Assembly: GCA_963797095.1 (NCBI GenBank)
Contig: CAWCNY010000004.1
Span: 320,001-384,000 of the forward strand
Origin: an uncultured Chloroflexia bacterium
GTDB taxonomy: Bacteria > Chloroflexota > Chloroflexia > QHBQ01 > JADMIH01
Length of the DNA: 64,000 nucleotides
Reading direction: 5' to 3'
A model generated the notes under the pieces. The model had not been told where the DNA came from. It was given only the letters and a program-made list of their open reading frames with translations, and made no database searches. Of the stretch, positions 28,162 through 37,765 are shown in pieces. The position numbers and the translations under genes were made by a program. Within the stretch, counting starts at the first letter, position 1, and every line of letters starts with the position of its first letter.

Positions 28162-28215
28162 TGCGCGGTCATAACGAGCGGGTTTTCATTATCAGGTGCC
28201 CGAAGCCTCAGGGGA

Positions 28216-28836
28216 TTACAGGAGGTCCGGGTTTACCAGCCAGCGGTTGAGGGCATCCACCAGCGCATCGATATATTCCGCCTGCCGCGTTCCTTCCTCC
28301 ACCACAAAACATTGCAGCAAAGCGCCATTCACCATACCGTATATCACAACGGCCGCCGTAGCCGAGTCCACGGGCCTTAGCGCTCCAATCTGAATCCCTT
28401 CCTCCAGGAACGCCTTCAATACCTCGAAGATCGACGCGGGGGCTTCCATATCCCACTTACCGACCAGTTCCGCCTGCACACCCATCAATTGCACCATGTT
28501 GGTGTGCCTGGCGCATATCGCAAATGTGGCCTCGATCATCGGGCGGGCGCGCAAGTGAAACGGGACGTCGTTCAACTCCGGGCGAGCAAGCGAGCCAAGC
28601 ACTTCCTGCTCCCAGCTACCCTTGACAGCCGCCAGTATTTCGCCCTTGTTCTTGAAGTACAGGTATACGGTCCCAACTCCCACGCCCGCGCGCTTCGCTA
28701 CCTGGGCTATGGTAGTGCTCTCGTAACCCTCCGTAGTAAACAGGTCGCGCGCCGCCTCGATAATAGCGTTTCGCTTGTCGAAGTCGGCACCCCGCACCTC
28801 GTCGTCCATATTTCGCTTGATTCGCTGGATTGCCAC
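28216..28836 (-). CDS. TetR/AcrR-family regulator
   Basis: IIEAARDLFTTEGYESTTIAQVAKRAGVGVGTVYLYFKNK. Start reset to GTG 28836 (GGAG SD) because the promoter and operator overlap the track start. Confidence 0.93.
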   Translation of the reverse strand: MAIQRIKRNMDDEVRGADFDKRNAIIEAARDLFTTEGYESTTIAQVAKRAGVGVGTVYLYFKNKGEILAAVKGSWEQEVLGSLARPELNDVPFHLRARPMIEATFAICARHTNMVQLMGVQAELVGKWDMEAPASIFEVLKAFLEEGIQIGALRPVDSATAAVVIYGMVNGALLQCFVVEEGTRQAEYIDALVDALNRWLVNPDLL

Positions 28837-28863
28837 TCTATCTCCAATGCTCCCTAACGCTAT

Positions 28864-28911
28864 TGAATGAAGTTCATTCAGTACCATATCACCGTTCTAC
28901 CGGTCTGTCAA
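28864..28911 (-). promoter_or_regulatory. Sigma70 promoter (TTGACA-17-TATGGT) with adjacent TetR operator
   Basis: -35 at 28911-28906, -10 at 28888-28883, palindrome at 28864-28880. Confidence 0.75.
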
Positions 28912-29065
28912 TACCCTCGCCCCATCAATTTACCGGGATTTTACCTTCCGCTCATATCCCCTTAATCTGCGTCCTCTAACATTGTGCTGAAACAAAGAAC
29001 ACGCCAATACCAAACCTATGCACCTCTCAAATCTCAAACTCGAAACGGAAGGAGAACATTCCCAA

Positions 29066-29245
29066 ATGTACCGCAGACGACTCAGACCATTGAGACCCAG
29101 GCTTTGGCGGACTCGCCCAATGCTAATCCGCCCCATCGGAAGACCTTTCGGCCCACGCCGCTGGTTCGGTGGCCGGTGGCTCGGTTTCTTCCCGCTAATG
29201 TGCCTCGGCCTCGTGTTGGCCCTGCTCCTCCTTCGCCTTTTCTAG
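29066..29245 (+). CDS. Small Arg-rich membrane peptide (59 aa)
   Basis: AAGGAG upstream of ATG 29066; MYRRRLRPLRPRLWR... followed by hydrophobic FFPLMCLGLVLALLLLRLF. Confidence 0.55.
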   Translation: MYRRRLRPLRPRLWRTRPMLIRPIGRPFGPRRWFGGRWLGFFPLMCLGLVLALLLLRLF

Positions 29246-29312
29246 CTACGTGTTCTAAGCGCGAGGTACACCTCGCCCCGTCATGACGACAAACGAGCCT
29301 GCAAAGCTCTCT

Positions 29313-30080
29313 CTAATCGAGAACCTTCTCCCTGTAGTGATAAGCATAAATCGTCTCAAACCCCAGCTTCTCATAAAGCCGGACCGCAGGCGAATTCTCC
29401 GCCACTACTTGCAAATAAGCCATTTCCGCGCCTGCATCGCGTGACCACACCCCCAACGCCCGCACGATCTCCGTCCCAATGCCCAGCCGCTGAAAAGTTG
29501 CTTTCGTGGCGATACTAAACAACCCAACCCACCCACGCTCCGCGACCGCGATCCCAACTCCCACCGCGTCCGCCCCCACTTTTGCAAGCGCAAATCCTGC
29601 ACGCGGCCCAATTGATGAAAACGCCAGTCTATAAGCCGGCCCTTGCGTCTCCGGAAACCCCTCGACCATCAGAAATTCCCCAATCCACTCGTCTGTGACA
29701 GGCTCCTCAATTTCCAGTTCGATATCGAGCGGTGGTCCGGCCCTCTCAATCATCCCCTCGACCGCGCCCACCATCACCGATGTCGGCGCGCTAACTCCAT
29801 AACCCCTTTGTTCCAACAAAGAGTCGAGAGCCAACGGAGATGCCGGGCTGATCTGGTAACGTGCAGGCAATCGTTGCCTTCGATAGAAATTCTCGACAAC
29901 TTCGAGCCAATCTGCCTGCTTCGGCATTTGAGCGTTAGTCAGCACGCTGTTCGCCCGCCGCGTGATGCCATCTGCCGCACGCAGTCGCCACCCCTCAAGC
30001 GCCTGCTGCACCCGTCCCGGACGAGCATTGGCCGCCAGCTCGTCTAACAACCTGATGTCGTACACCCGTCCCACTCCCAT
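29313..30080 (-). CDS. GNAT-family N-acetyltransferase
   Basis: GWRLRAADGITRRANSV; acetyl-CoA motif FQRLGIGT; AYLQVVAENSPAVRLYEKLGF. Confidence 0.9.
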   Translation of the reverse strand: MGVGRVYDIRLLDELAANARPGRVQQALEGWRLRAADGITRRANSVLTNAQMPKQADWLEVVENFYRRQRLPARYQISPASPLALDSLLEQRGYGVSAPTSVMVGAVEGMIERAGPPLDIELEIEEPVTDEWIGEFLMVEGFPETQGPAYRLAFSSIGPRAGFALAKVGADAVGVGIAVAERGWVGLFSIATKATFQRLGIGTEIVRALGVWSRDAGAEMAYLQVVAENSPAVRLYEKLGFETIYAYHYREKVLD

Positions 30081-30823
30081 CAGCCCACGCGAGTCGCGGC
30101 CTCTTTGAGACCTCGCACGTAATCCGATACCTCCAACATAATCTCATCCGGAGGGTGAGACACCAGAATTTCGTCCATCCCTCTCCCCACCAGTATCCCA
30201 TCAGCCGGCGCTGCCTCTCCGGCCACCGCCTCCATCCCAACAACAAGAGGCAGCCCGGTCCTGTCCAGCACCCGCTGACGAAGTTCGTTCACCCTGACTC
30301 CATTTGAGGAACCTGGAGTACAATACGCAAACCCGCCACCCTCAGGTATGCTAACAGCTATGGCGCCCGCCCACTGGTCAGAAACCGGCTGGATAGCATC
30401 CACCCCCGCCTCCATACACAAGGCACCAAAAGGCCCGAACCCCTCAATCGAAATATCGGGAATCAGCACACCATCGATCCCGGCTTCAGCGCATCCCGAT
30501 ACCAACCTGTCAAACCCATAATCGCGAGCCTCAGCGAGCGCACATACCAGTACCAACGGCACCTCGTTAGTCCGCCGAGCCTCGGCTGCGATGCTCAGGC
30601 AATCGTCCATACTTCCCATGCCCTCCAGCCAGCCGCCCCCACCTTCCAGTCCACGCAACCTTGCTGAGGTACCAAGAGCGATCAGGTCTGCCCCCTGCCT
30701 CCCGATCACAGGCAGCAGCGAGCGGCTGGTCTGCAAGTCCGGCAACCCAACAGGCAAATAAGGGATCACAGCCACCTCGCCCGTCTTACCCAATCGGCGG
30801 AAAGTCGATGCGATGCGGGTCAT
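30080..30823 (-). CDS. Tryptophan synthase alpha-like TIM barrel protein, catalytically degenerate
   Basis: RIASTFRRL...IPYLPVGLPD...GADLI.LG...GIDGVLIPDI...GFAYC...TGLPLVVG..ADGILVG; the ELGxPFSDPxADG motif is replaced. Confidence 0.7.
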   Translation of the reverse strand: MTRIASTFRRLGKTGEVAVIPYLPVGLPDLQTSRSLLPVIGRQGADLIALGTSARLRGLEGGGGWLEGMGSMDDCLSIAAEARRTNEVPLVLVCALAEARDYGFDRLVSGCAEAGIDGVLIPDISIEGFGPFGALCMEAGVDAIQPVSDQWAGAIAVSIPEGGGFAYCTPGSSNGVRVNELRQRVLDRTGLPLVVGMEAVAGEAAPADGILVGRGMDEILVSHPPDEIMLEVSDYVRGLKEAATRVG

Positions 30824-30915
30824 ACTCTATCGCCCAACGCGCAGGCCACATAAGTGGGGCATGATTTGCGGTCCATCTAAATAATTGTACAGCACCCACC
30901 CCTCAATCCCAATTC

Positions 30916-32820
30916 TCACCGTGGCTCGATCTGGTTGAAGTAGTCGCGCACCAGGTCCTTATATCCCTGCGGTATGTAATCGCTGTCGAGGGCCGTACCC
31001 GCCTGCTCCTTGTACTCGCCATACACATTCTCGTACGGCACAACCGAAGGCCCTATTGAATTCGCGTCCGTATTTGTTGGCGCTGTGCTCTGCTCCCCAC
31101 CTGGATTGTCCTGCCCCTGCACGCTCACAGGCGTAAGCGTGGCCTCCACGCTGCTGGGCGGCACATACACAGGCTCATTATGGCCCGTTCCCCACCCTCC
31201 GGCAGGCGGTCCCACATTACTCCCCTGTCCGTTCCCCTGCCCATTACCCTGTCCTTGTCCCCCACCTTGCCCTTGCTGGCCCTGTTGACCTTGCCCGTTA
31301 CCGTTACCCTGGCCCTGTCCTTGCCCGTTACCGTTACCCTGGCCCTGTCCTTGCCCGTTGCCTGCCGCCACTGGAGTGCCCGCCGTTGCCGTGCTCCCAG
31401 CCTGCGCTGTGCCCGCAATCGCCACGGGCGTAAGCGTCCCGCTCGCCCGCGCCACTGGACTTCCCGACAGTGTGCCAACCGCCACCGGGCTGCCTGTCAT
31501 GGGACTTCCCAGCGCCACCGCTGTCCCGTTCGCGCTCGGAGTACCTGGCGTGCCTCCCACAGCGGGCGTACCGGCCACCGCCGTCCCGCCACTCGTGGGC
31601 GTTGGCTGCCCTGTGCTCGCGATATTCTCCTTGCTCGCCTGAATCTGCGCCAGCGACTGCTCGATCTGCTTCTGCGTAGCGAGGTTTTGCCCTGTTTGCT
31701 CCACCTTATCCGACAGGTTGTTTAGCGCATCCTTAGCCGCCTCAGGATCCGCGTTCTCCAAAGCCGATGCCGCATCCTCCAATCTGCTCGCGAGTTCGGG
31801 GTCCAGGCTAGCCACCGCATCGCGTGCTTCGCGCAACTCATCGGCAAGCGCCTTCCGCGCCTCCGGTGTCATCTTGTCGGCACTATCGGCCAGGTGCTTT
31901 AGCTCCTCTGCCGACTTCTGTGGGTCGTCATTTTTGAGCGCATCCCCCGCCCGTTGAAGGTTCGGATCCCCCGAACTCGACAATTGATCCGCCAACCCCT
32001 CCATCGCCTGGCGCTCCGCCGCCACTTGCGGATCGAGCGCCTTCTGCAATTCGGCCTCCGTCTCAGACAGCCGTGCAAGCGCCTCCTCCTGAGTCAGGTC
32101 CCCTTCCTTGAGGTCATGCGACAGCAATTCCAATTCCTGAAGCACTTTCTGGAGCGCCGGGTCGGTGGCGTTCGGCGAGGTCTCGATCGCTTCCTTGAGC
32201 ACCTCGATGTTCCGTTGCTCGGTCGCGATCTGCTCATTAGCGGTATCCTCCCCGGCGCTCGACGCCAGGTTCGGGAAAAAGACCACCGCCAGCAACACTA
32301 ACACCAGCACCCCCACCGGCACAAACCGCTCTCTGCGAATTCTCACAGGCAGGTCACGCGCCGCGTTCACTCTTTCGACTGAGCGCAAAGCGTCGTCAAG
32401 TTGAGCGTCCCGCAACCCCATCATGGTTGCATTCGGACGCGCGGGCGGGCGACCGGCATCCTCCAACGCAGTCGAGAGCCTCTCGTCCAGGCCCAGGCTC
32501 AGGTCGGCGCGCAAGGCAGTCGCCAGCGGGTCGCGTGGCCTCAATAAAGCATATGCAAGCGCCGCCGCCATCCCCACAACAAGCAAGCCTGCTCCGGCAG
32601 CCCCAAGCTCAACCCACGACAAATTTCCGGTCAATCGCCAATAAAGCGCGATCAGCGCCACCACCCCAACAACCGCAGCCGCCACCCAGGGGGCCAGCGT
32701 CGCCGCCTCTTGCAATCGGAACCTCCGCTCAAAGCGCTCGAGAGCAGCCGCCAGCGCCCCCATGCGTGGGTCCGCATCGCCCGAGCTTGGCATCTTGATC
32801 CTGTCCCGTGGACTATTCAT
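30916..32820 (-). CDS. Membrane protein with coiled coil and G/Q/N-rich tail (DUF4175-like)
   Basis: Three TM segments, ADLSLGLDERLSTALE, acidic coiled coil, GQGQGNGN repeats, C-terminal IPQGYKDLVRDYF. Confidence 0.7.
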   Translation of the reverse strand: MNSPRDRIKMPSSGDADPRMGALAAALERFERRFRLQEAATLAPWVAAAVVGVVALIALYWRLTGNLSWVELGAAGAGLLVVGMAAALAYALLRPRDPLATALRADLSLGLDERLSTALEDAGRPPARPNATMMGLRDAQLDDALRSVERVNAARDLPVRIRRERFVPVGVLVLVLLAVVFFPNLASSAGEDTANEQIATEQRNIEVLKEAIETSPNATDPALQKVLQELELLSHDLKEGDLTQEEALARLSETEAELQKALDPQVAAERQAMEGLADQLSSSGDPNLQRAGDALKNDDPQKSAEELKHLADSADKMTPEARKALADELREARDAVASLDPELASRLEDAASALENADPEAAKDALNNLSDKVEQTGQNLATQKQIEQSLAQIQASKENIASTGQPTPTSGGTAVAGTPAVGGTPGTPSANGTAVALGSPMTGSPVAVGTLSGSPVARASGTLTPVAIAGTAQAGSTATAGTPVAAGNGQGQGQGNGNGQGQGQGNGNGQGQQGQQGQGGGQGQGNGQGNGQGSNVGPPAGGWGTGHNEPVYVPPSSVEATLTPVSVQGQDNPGGEQSTAPTNTDANSIGPSVVPYENVYGEYKEQAGTALDSDYIPQGYKDLVRDYFNQIEPR

Positions 32821-33779
32821 TCTACTTTAGATACGCCTTCGGGCAGCGGAATGTTCCCACCAGGCGGCAAGTCCTCCCAGCCACGGCGTCGCCTGTAGTG
32901 AATCGGCTTCACCAACCTGATACTCCACACCACCAGCACCGCGCTCAGCCACAGGGCCTCGATACAGAACAACAGCCACGGCGATACCACCAGCAGCGTG
33001 TGTCCCGGCAAAATCTCCGTATTCGTGTAAATGAAAAGCGGTTGGCCCATCAAATAGAACGTCTCGCTGATCGCCATCGCGATGATCGGATGAATCGATA
33101 GCACAACCCCGCTGACATACCAGAATCCCGGCTGGTCGGTGAGCCGAGACGCATTAGGGTCGTAATTGTTGATCCCCATGATCGTTATTGCGAGATAGTA
33201 GAAAAAAGGCAGCCCCACCATTTGCAGCAGAATCGTGCCGTAAGTCAGCACGTTGCTCGCCACGCTGCTCCGCACCACGCTAGACCAGAATATCCCAATC
33301 GAGGCGAACAGCAGCGCGGCCACCAGCATAACCACCTGCGACAATATCACCTCTTCCGGTGATACCCCACCGAACAGAAACGCCAGGCTCTCCAGCGGCG
33401 CTACTGCCAGTATGAGCAGCGCCACCCAGGCCAGCGCCGACCCAAGTTTCCCGAAGATCACCGACCTCGCAGGCAGCAAAGTGGTCATGAGCAGGTCATA
33501 AGTCTTCTGTTCGCGCTCAGAAGTGATCGCGCCTGCCGTAAAAGCCGGAGTGAGAAGCGCCACCATAATCGTCTGAAAGGTAACCAGCACGCTGAAAATG
33601 ATCTTCCCGATCTGCGAAGCCTGCGGTCCCCCGTATCCCGTCGATATGCCCCCTACCGCCAGGAACGTCAGCCAGGTCACAAATCCCAGCACCAGCAAAT
33701 AGCTAACCAGAATGACCACCGCGCGCCACCCGCGCATCCTCCCCCTCAGTTCTTTCATGATTACCGGATTCGCATGCAT
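32817..33779 (-). CDS. ABC-2 type permease
   Basis: NPVIMKELRGRMRG, TAGAITSEREQKTYDLLMTT...IFGKL; multiple TM helices. Confidence 0.9.
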   Translation of the reverse strand: MHANPVIMKELRGRMRGWRAVVILVSYLLVLGFVTWLTFLAVGGISTGYGGPQASQIGKIIFSVLVTFQTIMVALLTPAFTAGAITSEREQKTYDLLMTTLLPARSVIFGKLGSALAWVALLILAVAPLESLAFLFGGVSPEEVILSQVVMLVAALLFASIGIFWSSVVRSSVASNVLTYGTILLQMVGLPFFYYLAITIMGINNYDPNASRLTDQPGFWYVSGVVLSIHPIIAMAISETFYLMGQPLFIYTNTEILPGHTLLVVSPWLLFCIEALWLSAVLVVWSIRLVKPIHYRRRRGWEDLPPGGNIPLPEGVSKVE

Positions 33780-33797
33780 CGCGCTACACCATCCCTC

Positions 33798-34901
33798 TCA
33801 CTGCACCAACCCCCTGGTGGTCTTCAGGAATATCTCTTCCAGGTCGCTCACTGCCTCCTCATAAGCGAACACAGGTATGCCATCGCCCACCAGCCGCGCC
33901 AGTATTGACCCCAACAGCGAGTCATCGCCACTCACGCGCATATAGACAGTGGCAGGCCCGCTGTTCCCCACCGGGGCAGCCGCCACCATTCCCGGCGGCG
34001 GTGGAATATGCGATGCCTCCACGCCCGCCACCGGCTCGATGACTACCGGCGGAGCGCTTGGGATAGTCACCCCTCCCCCCTCGTCCGCGCCTTGCGATTG
34101 CCCATGCTTGTAACCCGCGGGCAATGTCTGCGCCACTATTACCGCTGGAAACGCTTTCACAATCCCAAGCGTCTCCTCTGCCCGCGCCAGCACCCTTATA
34201 TAAATCTCGCGTGCGGGCTGCATCGCCTGCAAAATATCGGCTACACTCCCGCTCACCAGTAGTCTGCCCCGTTCGATTATCGCCACGTGCGTGCACATCT
34301 CCGCCAGTTCCGTCAAAATGTGCGACGACACGAGAATCGTCTTTCCCAGCGAGCGCAATTCCTTCAGCAGCTCACGCAATTCAATTCTGGCGTGCGGGTC
34401 TAATCCCGAAGCCGGTTCATCCAGAATCAGCAAGTCCGGGTTATGCACCAGCGTCCGCGCCAAACACAACCTCTGCTTCATCCCACGTGACAGCTCCTCC
34501 ACGAAGCTATCATGCTTGGCCGAAAGGTCAACCAGCGCCAATAAGTCACCTATCATCCCCTTCCGCTTCTCCGCCGCTACTCCATACGCCGCCCCGAAGA
34601 AATCCAGGTACTCCCACACCTTCATGTTGTCGTACACGCCAAAGAAATCGGGCATATACCCGATCCTTTTCCTCACCTCCATGGGCGCTTCCGTCACCGG
34701 ATATTCCGACACCCACGCCTCGCCATCCGTCGGCTCCAACAGCGTGGCAAGTATCCTCATTGTGGTGGTCTTGCCCGCCCCGTTCGGCCCGATAAAACCG
34801 TAAATCGACCCGCGCTCTATCTCAAGATTGAGGTCGTCAAGCGCCGTGAAATTGTTGTTGTACCTCTTGGTGAGGTTCTCGGTAACCACAATCGGTGTCA
34901 T
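33798..34901 (-). CDS. ABC transporter ATP-binding protein
   Basis: GPNGAGKT, LSRGMKQRL, LLILDEPASGLD, SSH. Confidence 0.95.
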   Translation of the reverse strand: MTPIVVTENLTKRYNNNFTALDDLNLEIERGSIYGFIGPNGAGKTTTMRILATLLEPTDGEAWVSEYPVTEAPMEVRKRIGYMPDFFGVYDNMKVWEYLDFFGAAYGVAAEKRKGMIGDLLALVDLSAKHDSFVEELSRGMKQRLCLARTLVHNPDLLILDEPASGLDPHARIELRELLKELRSLGKTILVSSHILTELAEMCTHVAIIERGRLLVSGSVADILQAMQPAREIYIRVLARAEETLGIVKAFPAVIVAQTLPAGYKHGQSQGADEGGGVTIPSAPPVVIEPVAGVEASHIPPPPGMVAAAPVGNSGPATVYMRVSGDDSLLGSILARLVGDGIPVFAYEEAVSDLEEIFLKTTRGLVQ

Positions 34902-34905
34902 AAGT

Positions 34906-37596
34906 TTACTTGCCCGTATTCAGCGCCATCTCAAACGTCCCGCTAACCGTCGTGTCGTCCAATGAAGATACTATTCGCAGCATAACGGCCCCCCCGCCAT
35001 CCGTGTGCTGTGCCGCGTGAGGAATTTGAACCTCGGTCGCAGTCTGCCCGCGCTCAAGGTCCGCCACCCTGTCCCACTTGCCGGTAACTCTGTTATAGGC
35101 CAGCAACGCAAGCTTGTCTCCCTGTCCCGCATCCTCAATTGAGTACTTGAACGTCAAACTGTCAGGCTCCGCCCCCACCGGCAACCTGAACGTCAAATCT
35201 TCGTAAGGCGCTATCCGCGTGCCTGCCGTTGAGCCTGGTTGCCCCGGCTGCGGTGTCGTGGTAGGTATAGGCCCGGGCGGGAACTGTCCCTGCACATTGC
35301 CTGGGTAGCTCTGGTTGTACTGCGAATAGAGCGTGCTCATCCCTGAGTAAACCTTCCCCATTGGCAAGACCGAAGGATTATTCCCCGGTGCGTAGATCTC
35401 AAACGGCACAAAACCTGAGTTGAGCCGAGCCTGATCCCCCTCGCTCGCCGCCACTGGCACCATATCGACCCACACAGTGACCTCCTCGCTGCTCGTCGTA
35501 TAACCGTCCACGCCGAACTGTGTGGGTGGTGCGGGTCCCCAGGCCACCAGCGTCACACTCATGTCCGTCGGCGGCTCGCCCGCCACCAGCGAATAGAGCG
35601 CTGCCGACAGCGTCTCAACCTTGCGATCGTACAATCTCTGCTGCTGGTCGTTGCTTCCATTACCACCGTTGTAGCCTGGGTAATACTGGTTCGCCCCCGG
35701 CCCCACCGACACCACTCCCGCAGGCGCAGGCAGCAGCTTTGCCGGCGACGAATTGTCAAAGATCGCCGTGGACACACCGAGGTGAACATCCACCGTTTCT
35801 CCCGGTGCCATATACCCTACATATTGCACCACCCCGCCCCGCACCAGCGCTACGTCCTCCAACGGGCCGTTCGTGCAATTCGTCACCCGCCCCACGATCT
35901 CATTGTCCCCCAGGTGCAGGTCCGCCTCAAGTGGCGCTTCCACCTTCGCCGTGTGCTCGGCCAGGAACCCCCGCAAACTCCACGTGTCTATATTGATGTT
36001 CCCTATTGAAGTCGAGCCGTTGCCGCCCTGCACAGACAGCGCGTTACTGCTGTTCACCGTGTTGTAGTACCCGTACGAATTGATCTCTGTGAGCACACTC
36101 TCAGTGTTCAATTGCAAGCGATATGTGCGCCGCGCGGGAGAATAAAGCCCGAAATGCTGTGCCAGCGACGCCTCATCGCTCCCCGCCGCCATCTGGATCG
36201 CGTTGGCACGAATAGACACCAACTCCCCGCCCTTCGAGCCGAACGCCAGCCCATAAGCCACCACCGAAAACACCACCACCAGCGCAGGTATGGTCAGCCA
36301 GGCCAGTTCTGCACGCCTCATCCTACGCAAAATGATAAAGTTGACAGGCCCAATAATAATTATGTAGAGCAACAGGAAGCCGCCGACAAGCCACGGATCG
36401 GGAAGTTCCAGGCCCGGCAGCGCGAACAACCCCCCAAACGTCTGAAATATCGAGCCTGCCCCTGGGAATCCCAGGTAGCTGTAATCCGCGCTCGCTCTCA
36501 GTGAAGCGCCATACGAAATCCTCAAATCATGTTCGGAAAGGATCCGCTGCACCAACGGCACGGTACCTTCCCACCCCTTGAGCGGCGGCAGCGACGGCGA
36601 AAGCCCCAGGTACGCCACCTGACCTTGCCCCAAGTCCCGCACTACCAGCAGCGGCACCCCGTCCACCTGGGCAAGCGTCCGAGACGCATACCCCCCACCC
36701 TCCTTCACCTGGGCGTTCCCCACAGCCACCGACGCCGTCGTGGTAATAGGCGTGCCAACCAGATCGCTTAGCCCTCCCAACGACGATACGTTGCGCGACC
36801 CTGCCACTGTCACAGGCGGCAAATCGCCAAGACCGCCCAGAGTGTCGGCCCCGCCCGCCCTGTACACCGCCACCAACGTTCCACCGCGCACTACCCATGC
36901 TTCAAGCGAGGCCTTCTGCTCCTCCGAAAGCCCTTGCGTGTCCACATCGTCAATCACGAGCGCGCCCAGGCTATTCAATCCCTGCGATAGCGTCGGTATG
37001 TCGGCCAGTGCCATGTGCGCGATTGTTGCGGTCCCTCCCCCGCTCATGGCCGGGGGATTCGGCCCGTAGTACCCGAAGTTTGATGGCAGCATCTCGACAA
37101 TATGCCCCACCTGCTCGCCCTTCAACACATTGAGCAATGACGAATCCGACGACGCCACCCCCACGACCATATTGGTCGGCGGCTCGAATGGGTCGCCGAC
37201 CGCCGACACGGAGTCCAGCTCTGTATCGCCGTCCAACAGCTTCACCTGAAAATACCTGGAATAGCTGCTATCGTAAGCGTATAGTGTGATTTCCTTGCGC
37301 GAGGGGCTTGGCAAATCCACCACACGCTCATAAGCTTGCCCCAGGTTGGTCTGATTGGCTCCCGACAGCAGCTGCACACTCACCCGCCGCGATTGCCCGC
37401 CCTGCGGATTCGTCAGCGTGACGCGCACAGGCACCCACTCCCCCAGTAAATACGCGCCCGTATCCCCGTACCCGACCTTGGCAGTCATGGTGATCTTGGG
37501 CTGGCTTTGCGCGGTGCCTTGCGCACAGGCGGGCGCAAGGCCCGTCAGCAACAGCAAGAGGTAAAAAAATAAGGCAAGCGCAAGGCGTTTTCGCAT
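34906..37596 (-). CDS. Large exported membrane protein accompanying the ABC system
   Basis: Signal peptide, GEWVPVRVTL, class-I-GAT-like LEAWVVRGGTLV...GQGQV, two central TMs (FLLLYIIIIGPVNF...AWLTIP). Confidence 0.7.
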   Translation of the reverse strand: MRKRLALALFFYLLLLLTGLAPACAQGTAQSQPKITMTAKVGYGDTGAYLLGEWVPVRVTLTNPQGGQSRRVSVQLLSGANQTNLGQAYERVVDLPSPSRKEITLYAYDSSYSRYFQVKLLDGDTELDSVSAVGDPFEPPTNMVVGVASSDSSLLNVLKGEQVGHIVEMLPSNFGYYGPNPPAMSGGGTATIAHMALADIPTLSQGLNSLGALVIDDVDTQGLSEEQKASLEAWVVRGGTLVAVYRAGGADTLGGLGDLPPVTVAGSRNVSSLGGLSDLVGTPITTTASVAVGNAQVKEGGGYASRTLAQVDGVPLLVVRDLGQGQVAYLGLSPSLPPLKGWEGTVPLVQRILSEHDLRISYGASLRASADYSYLGFPGAGSIFQTFGGLFALPGLELPDPWLVGGFLLLYIIIIGPVNFIILRRMRRAELAWLTIPALVVVFSVVAYGLAFGSKGGELVSIRANAIQMAAGSDEASLAQHFGLYSPARRTYRLQLNTESVLTEINSYGYYNTVNSSNALSVQGGNGSTSIGNINIDTWSLRGFLAEHTAKVEAPLEADLHLGDNEIVGRVTNCTNGPLEDVALVRGGVVQYVGYMAPGETVDVHLGVSTAIFDNSSPAKLLPAPAGVVSVGPGANQYYPGYNGGNGSNDQQQRLYDRKVETLSAALYSLVAGEPPTDMSVTLVAWGPAPPTQFGVDGYTTSSEEVTVWVDMVPVAASEGDQARLNSGFVPFEIYAPGNNPSVLPMGKVYSGMSTLYSQYNQSYPGNVQGQFPPGPIPTTTPQPGQPGSTAGTRIAPYEDLTFRLPVGAEPDSLTFKYSIEDAGQGDKLALLAYNRVTGKWDRVADLERGQTATEVQIPHAAQHTDGGGAVMLRIVSSLDDTTVSGTFEMALNTGK

Positions 37597-37765
37597 GTGT
37601 CGTCCTCGTGAGTGCGCAACAGGCGTCGTCCGGCTCCGGCCTAGGATACCGGGCCTTCACCAGGCCCCGCCGCCCAACCGTACAACGATACTATACCGGC
37701 ATAAATGTAACGTTGCAACCACACAAAACGTTGCACATCTTTATGGTTTTCACACTTTACTTTCC

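Noticed and set aside
24780-28836. Methyltransferase, MMPL and TetR as part of the CIS locus
   Set aside because: They have their own promoters and operators, and no CTAAYGC box array was seen; adjacency alone is not evidence.
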